31,875 bases of DNA, from positions 1-31,875 of IMG/VR virus record IMGVR_UViG_3300017747_002499; one strand, written 5' to 3'. The notes under the pieces are model-generated. The model made no database searches and was not told the origin of the DNA. It saw only the letters and a program-made list of their open reading frames with translations. The position numbers were made by a program, and so were the translations under genes. This DNA is from a virus (taxonomy: Duplodnaviria; Caudoviricetes). This document shows positions 25,113 to 31,875 of this stretch, one piece after another; positions within the stretch are counted from its first letter, which is position 1; each line of letters begins with the position of its first letter.

Positions 25113-25598
25113 TCAGAACGCCCCCCAGCGGGTGATAAACGGAATCTCGTCGTCCAGCTTCGGGTGGGGTCGGCGCACGACCGCTGCGATGCTGTCTTCC
25201 GTCTCGCCACCGCCACCGCGCCGGGGTTCATCGTCGTCGCGTTCGCCGTTGCCCCCGAGCATCACCAATTCGCCCTTGAACTTGGACAGCACGACCTCGG
25301 TTGAGTACTTCTCCGCACCGTCCTTATCGGTCCACTTCCGCGTCTGAAGGGAGCCTTCGACGTAGACCTTGGAACCCTTCCGAAGGTACTTCTCGATGAC
25401 ATCGGACAGGCGGTCATTGAAGCTCACCACCCGATGCCATTCGGCCTTCTCCTTGCGCTCGCCGGTCTGCTTGTCGCGCCAGCTTTCCGACGTGGCGACG
25501 GTGAAGGTGGCAATCTTGCCGCCGTCGTTGGTGTTGCGGATTTCCGGGTCGCGGCCGAGGTTCCCGGCCAGAATGACCTTGTTGACGCTGCCTGACAT
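25113..25598 (-). CDS. ssb: Single-stranded DNA-binding protein
   Basis: [38 protein letters not shown] and DDEIPF motifs. Confidence 0.97.
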   Translation of the reverse strand: MSGSVNKVILAGNLGRDPEIRNTNDGGKIATFTVATSESWRDKQTGERKEKAEWHRVVSFNDRLSDVIEKYLRKGSKVYVEGSLQTRKWTDKDGAEKYSTEVVLSKFKGELVMLGGNGERDDDEPRRGGGGETEDSIAAVVRRPHPKLDDEIPFITRWGAF

Positions 25599-26330
25599 TT
25601 ACGCGGCTTCCTTCTTCGGGTTAGTGAATGGATCGGCGTTGGAAAATTTCTCGTACATGTGATCGAACAGTTCAGAGATGGCCTGATGCTTCTTGGGGTC
25701 CTGCTTCGCCAGTTCGGCCAGCAGCTCCTTGCCGCGCGCCCACGATTTGTTGAGGTCGGCGGCGTCCTTGCAGAGGCCGAGGACTTTGTTGAATGCGGCA
25801 TAGCGGGTCTCAAGGGACGGCTTCTTTTCAGGCGGCTTCTTCGCCTCCGCGTCCTCGCGCTTCAGTTCGTCCACATATTTGCTGTCATCGTAGCGGCCCA
25901 TGAAGATGTCGCCGGCAAAGCCGATCATGCTCAGGGCCTTGGTGAGCGCGTCGGTGACGGACTTCTTCGGGGCGTCTTCGTCGGTGAACGGGCTGCCATC
26001 CTTGCGCCGGCCGCAGAACACCGTCTGCCCGACGTGTTCGACCTCGCCGGTCTGGTCCTGCCACTTGTACCAGACGCGAACGCGGGCCATGTGGACGCGC
26101 TCGCAAAAACTCTGATCCATGCTGGGGCCTTCCAGCAAGGCGCCGTCAAGCAACTTCTCGTCAAGAATGACGAAGCCCCAGCCGATGCCGCACGGGCCGA
26201 ACACTTCTGTTGCTCGCCGCATAAGCCAGTACGGCTTAGGGCTTGTTCCCTTGTATGGCTTGCCAGTAATCGGCTTCGTTTGATCGGGCGGCGTCTTGGA
26301 AACCGCGTCCCAAAGTGCTGTATTCGTCAT
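25599..26330 (-). CDS. Rad52/Sak-like ssDNA annealing protein
   Basis: ATEVFGPCGIGWG and DAPKKSVTDALTKALSMIGFAGDIFMG motifs; next to ssb. Confidence 0.7.
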   Translation of the reverse strand: MTNTALWDAVSKTPPDQTKPITGKPYKGTSPKPYWLMRRATEVFGPCGIGWGFVILDEKLLDGALLEGPSMDQSFCERVHMARVRVWYKWQDQTGEVEHVGQTVFCGRRKDGSPFTDEDAPKKSVTDALTKALSMIGFAGDIFMGRYDDSKYVDELKREDAEAKKPPEKKPSLETRYAAFNKVLGLCKDAADLNKSWARGKELLAELAKQDPKKHQAISELFDHMYEKFSNADPFTNPKKEAA

Positions 26331-26337
26331 GATATGA

Positions 26338-27099
26338 TTATACCGCTGTTGTGGTTTTGGTTATACTGAAACCCGGTATTTCATGCCGCCCGGCGCGAAT
26401 TTCCTTCTCTGCAAGGATCATCACGGTACACAGCATGTTCTCGGGGTATGTCTTCCAAGCCCAGCGCAGGGCCTCGATCTCGTTGACGATTTCCGGCTTC
26501 CATGTGGTCCGCAATCCAACCGCCCGCCCGCCGAAGCCCCCCGCCGTGGCCGTCTCCCGTCCCGCTTTGTTGGCGACGGTATCGGCTCGTTTGGCATCCT
26601 TGAGCAGGGCTTCGGCGGCAGCACGTTCGCCAAGGTTCGACTCTCGAGCGGCGCGGATAGCTGCCTGTGCAGCAGCGGTCTTTCGGTCGGCCTCTGCTCG
26701 AGCAGCGGCGGCCTTCTCGCGGACCTCGGCATCCTTCTTCGCCAGCCATGGGGCCAACGCCGCCTTGATGGTCTTCTCGGCCTGTTCCGCCTTTGACAGG
26801 ATCGGTTTGTATCGCGCCTGGACCTCGGCCTTGCCGGCGTCGAATGGTTCGGCCTCCGTCTTGCGGGCGGCGTCAGCTTCCTTGGCGGCAGCGCGGATCA
26901 TGGTCAGCAGGTTCGCCAGCCCATCCGCTGTTTCCTGATCGCCCGGCGGTGTGCCATCCAACCAAAGGACAGCCTCTCCCCATAGATCGTCTACCCGATC
27001 ACGGGCGGCCTCGTAGGGGGTTGGTGGGGGCGGATTGTTCCCACCAATGACTTCGCGGTCTGGCAGGGGATGGCCGCAGAAGGCTTCGCCGGGGCTCAT
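26338..27099 (-). CDS. Conserved coiled-coil protein of the recombination module
   Basis: IGGNNPP start, long Ala/Lys helix, GLRTTW and IPGF motifs. Confidence 0.7.
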   Translation of the reverse strand: MSPGEAFCGHPLPDREVIGGNNPPPPTPYEAARDRVDDLWGEAVLWLDGTPPGDQETADGLANLLTMIRAAAKEADAARKTEAEPFDAGKAEVQARYKPILSKAEQAEKTIKAALAPWLAKKDAEVREKAAAARAEADRKTAAAQAAIRAARESNLGERAAAEALLKDAKRADTVANKAGRETATAGGFGGRAVGLRTTWKPEIVNEIEALRWAWKTYPENMLCTVMILAEKEIRAGRHEIPGFSITKTTTAV

Positions 27100-27287
27100 G
27101 GCGTCACCGGGGGAGCGGGGAGGGGCATCCAGTGAGTGGGCTTATCGACGGACCCAAATCCGTCAATTGACCATTTGTTGTGCGGAGCGCCGATCCACCG
27201 GACGAAATCCGGCCCCCCAATTCTCTGGTAGACAAGAATGCGCGTCCCATCCTTCGGAGCCGTGCTGATGTCCTGCCACTCGCTCAT
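27096..27287 (-). CDS. DUF551-like protein
   Basis: WQDISTAPKDGTRIL...PTHWMPLPAPP. Confidence 0.8.
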   Translation of the reverse strand: MSEWQDISTAPKDGTRILVYQRIGGPDFVRWIGAPHNKWSIDGFGSVDKPTHWMPLPAPPVTP

Positions 27288-27384
27288 CGCAGTGTCCCCG
27301 TTCGGCTCGCGTGTACGATATGGACCGCCAGAAACCGGCTAAACGTCGTCGGCCTGTCGCGGCGGAACAGCCTGATGAACCACT

Positions 27385-27855
27385 TCATCGGTCGGTCTCC
27401 TTGGAGAGAAGGGCGCGGATGTGTTCGTACAGTTTCACGGCATTCGCGCGTTCATCGCCGTCCAGCCTCCCGCACGCCCACGCCACGATTTCCTGCGAGC
27501 GGTCCAGCGCCTCTTCGAGCATCGCTATCCGTGCCTGTGCTGCGTCGCGTTCCCGGGTGATGGTGCGGATCGTATCGTCAGCGTCACAGCCTTCCGCCTC
27601 CGCGTCGTCAAGCTCTTGCGCTAGGCGATCCCTCTCACGCTCGACCACACAGCCTTCCGCCTCCGCGTCGTCAAGCTCTTGCGCTAGGCGATCCCTCTCA
27701 CGCTCGACCACGTGGAGGCGCTGTGCTGCGTGGATGGCGTACTTCAACTCTGAGATATTCAATGGGAAAGGCGCGCCCCCGACCACGGTCATCAGGCGAT
27801 GGCCTCGCAAAGTCCACGTCTCCACCCCTTCCGGCTTCATCGGCTCAGACATCAT
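27385..27855 (-). CDS. Coiled-coil hypothetical protein with internal duplication
   Basis: VVERERDRLAQELDDAEAEGC occurs twice. Confidence 0.65.
   Translation of the reverse strand: MMSEPMKPEGVETWTLRGHRLMTVVGGAPFPLNISELKYAIHAAQRLHVVERERDRLAQELDDAEAEGCVVERERDRLAQELDDAEAEGCDADDTIRTITRERDAAQARIAMLEEALDRSQEIVAWACGRLDGDERANAVKLYEHIRALLSKETDR
27585..27710. repeat. Perfect 63-bp tandem duplication
   Basis: 27585-27647 is identical to 27648-27710. Confidence 0.95.
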
Positions 27856-28099
27856 GGGTCTCCCTTGCTGCGAGCATGGCGCGTTCGGCCCTCACAATCG
27901 CTGCGACGCGGGCGGCGATGCCGTCAGCGCGGGCGCTCTCGGATGCCGGCAGCATGTTCTGCACCGCCCACCGTCCGAGTTGTTCGGGCGTCTCCTGCGA
28001 TATCGGCTTGGGCGTTGATGGCGTGGCTGGCGATGTCCCCAGCAGTTCATAGAGGGGCACCGCGTTCTCCTGCGATATCGGCTTCATGGGGTCAGACAT
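27845..28099 (-). CDS. Hypothetical protein
   Basis: AAGGA RBS; MSDPMKPISQE..., with KPISQE repeated. Confidence 0.55.
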   Translation of the reverse strand: MSDPMKPISQENAVPLYELLGTSPATPSTPKPISQETPEQLGRWAVQNMLPASESARADGIAARVAAIVRAERAMLAARETHDV

Positions 28100-28280
28100 T
28101 GATACTGTCCTTGCTGACGGACGAGACGGTGGCCCCACCGATGAAGCCGTCAAATTCGAGACTGGGGTTGTCGCCTAGCTGCACATCGAGCTTATTGGTC
28201 AGCCAATAGACAATGGCCTCCTTGATCTCGTCGTAGGTCAGCGAGATTTCTCGCGTTATGATCCGTTCCATCCCCTTCAT
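28092..28280 (-). CDS. Hypothetical protein
   Basis: ATGA overlap; 62 aa. Confidence 0.55.
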   Translation of the reverse strand: MKGMERIITREISLTYDEIKEAIVYWLTNKLDVQLGDNPSLEFDGFIGGATVSSVSKDSINV

Positions 28281-28579
28281 TCCGCTGCCTGACGGAACGC
28301 GAAGGCGACTTCCCGATCCCGCGAGAACCGGCCCATCCGTGCATCGTGGGCGGCGTCCTCGATGTCGCCCCGATACCCCTTATCGGTGGACAGGTACGTC
28401 TCGATGGCCTTCCGATCCGCCGGCAACACGTCCACCTCATGCTGGCGTGAAAGGTCCGTGAAGGTGATCCGGTCGAAGCACCAGTCGTCGCCCAGAATCT
28501 CGATGTAGGCGATGCCCTCGACCTCGGCGACGGCGACGCCTTGGTAGCGGTGTTCGTAAATGAAGCTGATGGTGAACAT
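28277..28579 (-). CDS. Hypothetical protein, first gene of the leftward early operon
   Basis: GGGAG RBS just downstream of the PL-like promoter. Confidence 0.6.
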   Translation of the reverse strand: MFTISFIYEHRYQGVAVAEVEGIAYIEILGDDWCFDRITFTDLSRQHEVDVLPADRKAIETYLSTDKGYRGDIEDAAHDARMGRFSRDREVAFAFRQAAE

Positions 28580-28612
28580 CGGCTGCACTCCCATGCGTGT
28601 TCGATGGGAGGC

Positions 28613-28655
28613 ATCGTCGCGCATAAATGCGCCGATGTAAAGCGCAAAAATGCGC
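28613..28655 (-). promoter_or_regulatory. PL-like promoter with two operators
   Basis: TTTACA-17 nt-GACGAT; palindromes GCGCATAAATGCGC (28619-28632) and GCGCAAAAATGCGC (28642-28655). Confidence 0.75.
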
Positions 28656-28673
28656 GAACCGTCGAATTATTTT

Positions 28674-29087
28674 TTAATGCGCTTTATCGATGAGCGATAA
28701 CAGGTAGCGGCGGCGCTCGATGGCGCGGGTCATGCGTTCGGAAAGCTGGTCTTTAGGGAGAACGTTAGTTGATACCAGTATTTCTACTAGTTCCTCCAGA
28801 AGCCGCCAGCCGTCTTCGTTTATTTTGTTGATCTCGGACACAGCATCCACCTCCCCCAGATGGTTACCGTTTAATGATGCCACAGCCGCTTCTATTTTCA
28901 ATAGGGTGTCCGGCTTGATCAGCGTTTTATCGCTGCCATTCAATTTGCGATTGATCGTTGATGGCGGCAGGCCAGCCAAAGACGCTAACTTGGTCGGCTT
29001 CACGCCCGCCTGACGCGCCTGCTCCACCGCCGCGAGCAATCGCTTCGTTAGCGGGTGCGAGATATCCGGCAAAGTCTTGGTTCCCAT
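28674..29087 (-). CDS. CI-like repressor (HTH, no S24 peptidase domain)
   Basis: PTKLASLAGLPPSTINRKLNG HTH; divergent from the cro-like gene; flanked by operators. Confidence 0.75.
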   Translation of the reverse strand: MGTKTLPDISHPLTKRLLAAVEQARQAGVKPTKLASLAGLPPSTINRKLNGSDKTLIKPDTLLKIEAAVASLNGNHLGEVDAVSEINKINEDGWRLLEELVEILVSTNVLPKDQLSERMTRAIERRRYLLSLIDKAH

Positions 29088-29088
29088 G

Positions 29089-29166
29089 GCGCAATCGTGC
29101 GCGACCGAAAAAAATGAGTCACCAAGCATTAATGCGCTTCCCATCGGCGCATTTATGCGCTATGAA
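29089..29166. promoter_or_regulatory. OR-like region with three operators and divergent promoters
   Basis: GCGCAATCGTGCGC (29089-29102), AAGCATTAATGCGC (29124-29137), GCGCATTTATGCGC (29147-29160). Confidence 0.75.
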
Positions 29167-29173
29167 TATCGAC

Positions 29174-29368
29174 ATGGATCAAGCACGCATCATCACCGAT
29201 TTAGAGGGCCGCGCCCGAAAGGCCCGGCTTTCCGTCGCCGAAATGTGCCGTCGCGCACAGATCGCCCCGTCCACCTTCAACCGCTGGCGGACGGGGGAGA
29301 CATCACCAACGCTTGACGTGCTCTCGCGTGTCGAGCGTGTCGTTTCCGACGCGGAGACCGCACCATGA
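29174..29368 (+). CDS. Cro-like HTH protein
   Basis: LSVAEMCRRAQIAPSTFNRWRTGETSPTL; an alternative start exists at 29162. Confidence 0.8.
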   Translation: MDQARIITDLEGRARKARLSVAEMCRRAQIAPSTFNRWRTGETSPTLDVLSRVERVVSDAETAP

Positions 29369-29919
29369 GCGGCCCTGGCTATGTCTACTTTCTCCAGCCG
29401 ATTGACGGCGGTCCCGTCAAGATTGGTTGGTCCGGCCAGCCGGAGTGGCGATTCAGGACTTATTGCGAGTGGTCGCCTACTCCGCTTCGGATGCTGGCAA
29501 CCGTTCCGGCTCCCATCGCCGCCGAGTTCTATATCCACGGACTGTTTAAGGTGGACCGCCTCCACCACGAATGGTTCCGCGAGACGCCGGAATTGATGGC
29601 CTACATCGAGCGGTTTGCCCAAACCGGAGACCCCGGCCCCCGGTTCCATGACATTTCGGGTTACGTCGGTAGCGGCTCGTGGAACCGCCACTGCCTGCTG
29701 GCCGACCTTCTGCGGAAGCATGGCCTTTTGCTGGAGCAATTGGCGGAATTCACGGGCCGCCCCCACAAGACGGTCAAGGGATGGTGCGCGTCTCGGGTGC
29801 CGCACATCTACCTTAGCCAAGTCATCGACTTTTTCGCCACTCACGGCGCCACCGTTTCGGCTGCGGACTTCCTTGGGGAGTACCGAGACGGCGCCCATCG
29901 GCCCGCTACTGCCGCCTGA
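29365..29919 (+). CDS. GIY-YIG (T5orf172/MUG113-like) domain protein with C-terminal HTH
   Basis: YVYF...VKIG.S..P..R...E..IH..F...R...EWF; then LEQLAEFTGRPHKTVKGW. Confidence 0.8.
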   Translation: MSGPGYVYFLQPIDGGPVKIGWSGQPEWRFRTYCEWSPTPLRMLATVPAPIAAEFYIHGLFKVDRLHHEWFRETPELMAYIERFAQTGDPGPRFHDISGYVGSGSWNRHCLLADLLRKHGLLLEQLAEFTGRPHKTVKGWCASRVPHIYLSQVIDFFATHGATVSAADFLGEYRDGAHRPATAA

Positions 29920-29930
29920 CGGAGGTTCCC

Positions 29931-30161
29931 ATGCCCCTGCTGCTGGTTCTGTTCACCTTGGCCGCCGTTGGATGCGTCGCCGTTGTCGCTCATGACAGCG
30001 TGAACCACACGACCGCCCCGGCCAGCAGCCAGAACACCAACGCCGTGCGCCATTCAGCCGTCACGGTTGGCGACCTTGAAAAAGGCCCGACCGCTGGCGG
30101 GCAGGTGGGGGGAGCCAGCGGCCGGGTCAAGGTCTCCCAGGGCTTGAGGGAGGGAACCTGA
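29931..30161 (+). CDS. Hypothetical protein with hydrophobic N-terminus
   Basis: GGAGG RBS. Confidence 0.45.
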   Translation: MPLLLVLFTLAAVGCVAVVAHDSVNHTTAPASSQNTNAVRHSAVTVGDLEKGPTAGGQVGGASGRVKVSQGLREGT

Positions 30162-30662
30162 ATGCCACACGCCAAACCCATTTCGATGACGCAGGCTGAG
30201 CTTAAAAAGCTTGTCGTTTACGACCCTGAAACTGGCGTTTTCACGTCCGTACGGTCGGGCCGTGTGATCGGAAGGATGCTTCAGGGGTACTTGATTGCCG
30301 AGATAGGGGGCAGTGGTCGTCAGTATCGCCTTCACCGTCTGGCATTTCTTTATATGACCGGTGAGATTCCAGACTTTGTCGATCACGCAAACTGCGACCG
30401 CGCCGACAACCGCTGGGCAAACCTCCGGCCCGCGACGCTTTCTCAGCAGGCGGCGAACCGACGCTGCCAACACTCGCGAAACATTTCCGGTCTTAAGGGT
30501 GTCGTTTTTAACCCCCGGAACCCGAAATCCCCTTGGCGGGCGGAAATCGGTGTCAACGGCGTCCGGCACAAGCTCGGGTCCTTTCGGGACAAGGATGAGG
30601 CCCACGCGGCTTACTGCCGGGCTGCTGCCGAACACTTCGGCGACTTCGCGCGGTTCAAGTGA
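30162..30662 (+). CDS. HNH-AP2 homing endonuclease
   Basis: YDPETGVF, HRLAFLYMTG, VDHANCDRADNRWANLR; AP2 region SGLKGV...WRAEI...LGSF...AHAAYC. Confidence 0.9.
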   Translation: MPHAKPISMTQAELKKLVVYDPETGVFTSVRSGRVIGRMLQGYLIAEIGGSGRQYRLHRLAFLYMTGEIPDFVDHANCDRADNRWANLRPATLSQQAANRRCQHSRNISGLKGVVFNPRNPKSPWRAEIGVNGVRHKLGSFRDKDEAHAAYCRAAAEHFGDFARFK

Positions 30663-30805
30663 AGCGCGATGGGTATTCACATGCACCGCCACCTGACCAA
30701 TCAGCCAGCACAGGCGCTGATCGTCGGCGGCAATCGCAAATTCCATCAACTGTCGCAGGGCGTTTTCCATGCGACCGATACTGCATCCAGGGGAGATTGA
30801 GAACG

Positions 30806-31252
30806 ATGTTCAACTTCCAGATTGCCGACAAGGAGAATGCGAGGGTCGGCTTCGCGCTCGCCATGCGGAAGCACGTCGGCGTCCAGCGCCCGCATTCCTT
30901 GGACAGCCTTTCCGAACGTACCGGCATCAAGCGCCGCACCCTGCAAAGCTATCTGCAAGGCCAAGCCCTGCCGCCCTACGACGCCATGATCAAGGTCATG
31001 CGGGAACTGGACGAGGACTTCGCCGACGAAGTGCTGCGGCCGGCAAACCTCGGTGGCGTCTCTCGCCTCACCAACGAGGCCCCGGACGACATGCGCCTTC
31101 TCGCGATCATGAACGGCACCTCGGCCGAGATTGCCGACGCCTACGCCACGACGGGGAAGGTGTGTCACGTCCGCTGGCCCAAGGTCAGGGAGAAGCTGGC
31201 CATCGCATTCCGGCATATCGGCGCACGGCTGCGTCAGGAGGCACGGGCATGA
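30806..31252 (+). CDS. HTH regulator (CII-like position)
   Basis: GGGAG RBS; SLDSLSERTGIKRRTLQSYLQG. Confidence 0.7.
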   Translation: MFNFQIADKENARVGFALAMRKHVGVQRPHSLDSLSERTGIKRRTLQSYLQGQALPPYDAMIKVMRELDEDFADEVLRPANLGGVSRLTNEAPDDMRLLAIMNGTSAEIADAYATTGKVCHVRWPKVREKLAIAFRHIGARLRQEARA

Positions 31253-31413
31253 GCCCGGAATGGCTCGCGTTTTGGACGGCGTATTGCCTGAGAGCGGGAA
31301 TTTCCCATGGGGCTCAGGAGCGTCCGTACAGTTGCGCCATCATGTTCATTCTGTGCGCTGGATACGCCCTCTTTTGGCTGCGCCCCGATTGGCTTGGAGG
31401 GTTTGTCCCATGA
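31249..31413 (+). CDS. Small membrane protein
   Basis: ATGA overlap, GGAGG RBS, hydrophobic C-terminal half. Confidence 0.45.
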   Translation: MSPEWLAFWTAYCLRAGISHGAQERPYSCAIMFILCAGYALFWLRPDWLGGFVP

Positions 31414-31520
31414 CCGATGTCACATACCACGCCCGCATGGCTATCCGCCTGTGCGGAAACATCGTGGCCGTTGGCACCATCTGCGCGGTCATCTTCGTTC
31501 TGTTGGTGATTCTTCCATGA
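31410..31520 (+). CDS. Small membrane peptide
   Basis: ATGA overlap, GGAGG RBS; IVAVGTICAVIFVLLVILP. Confidence 0.4.
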   Translation: MTDVTYHARMAIRLCGNIVAVGTICAVIFVLLVILP

Positions 31521-31693
31521 ACCCCATTCGTCGCCATGGGTGCGAACCAGCGGCGGCGGATAAGGCGGCCGGCAGCCCCCCATGCCCTCTGCCGGCCGTC
31601 TCCCTATTCAGTTCCCGCTGTTGCCACGGCGGCGGGGACATCCCCGGTCGGTGGGGTGTGCTCCCCACCCTGCCGGCCGGGGGTGAGTGAGCG

Positions 31694-31875
31694 ATGACAG
31701 CCATCGCGCGGTTTAAGTCGTGTGCTGTCTGTGGCGTCGAGTTTCCGCGCCCTCGTACTTATTCGGCATCGCAATGGGACGAAAGGCAATGCTGTTCGAG
31801 GAAGTGCGGCGGCATTTTCAAAACGCCGCGTCCTTGGAGCGATGTCCAGTTTAAGCCGCGTAACTGCACGTCATG
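31694..31875 (+). CDS. Zn-finger-like protein, truncated by the window end (possibly another HNH nuclease)
   Basis: CAVCGVEF...CCSRKC; open to the end of the window. Confidence 0.5.
   Translation, partial: MTAIARFKSCAVCGVEFPRPRTYSASQWDERQCCSRKCGGIFKTPRPWSDVQFKPRNCTS

Noticed and set aside
27585-27710. CRISPR array or DGR template/variable repeat
   Set aside because: Two adjacent identical in-frame units with no spacers and no adenine-specific mismatches; no reverse transcriptase or cas gene in the window.

Overview
About 32 kb of a GC-rich temperate podovirus-type phage, probably infecting an alphaproteobacterium. It is in the non-integrated form, because attP is intact with phage genes on both sides. 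The + strand late operon (108-21004) runs: scaffold, major capsid, decoration-type proteins, adaptor, tail nozzle, ejection proteins, tail fibre, a metallophosphoesterase/HNH/DUF6378 block, then endolysin-holin-spanins. attP carries the 3' part of tRNA-Ser(GCT) (21942-22006). The leftward early operon holds integrase, excisionase, SSB and a Rad52/Sak-like annealase. A cI/cro switch with GCGCAT-N2-ATGCGC operators precedes the start of the rightward early operon. The stand-out feature is an O-antigen-ligase/O-oligosaccharyltransferase (Wzy_C) gene coupled inside the capsid module. Four outer virion proteins (two head-associated, the tail fibre and its partner) also carry Sec-type signal peptides, whereas the core virion proteins do not. 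Together these suggest a phage-encoded periplasmic export and glycosylation route for virion surface proteins. All family calls come from motif recognition by eye; no searches were run.
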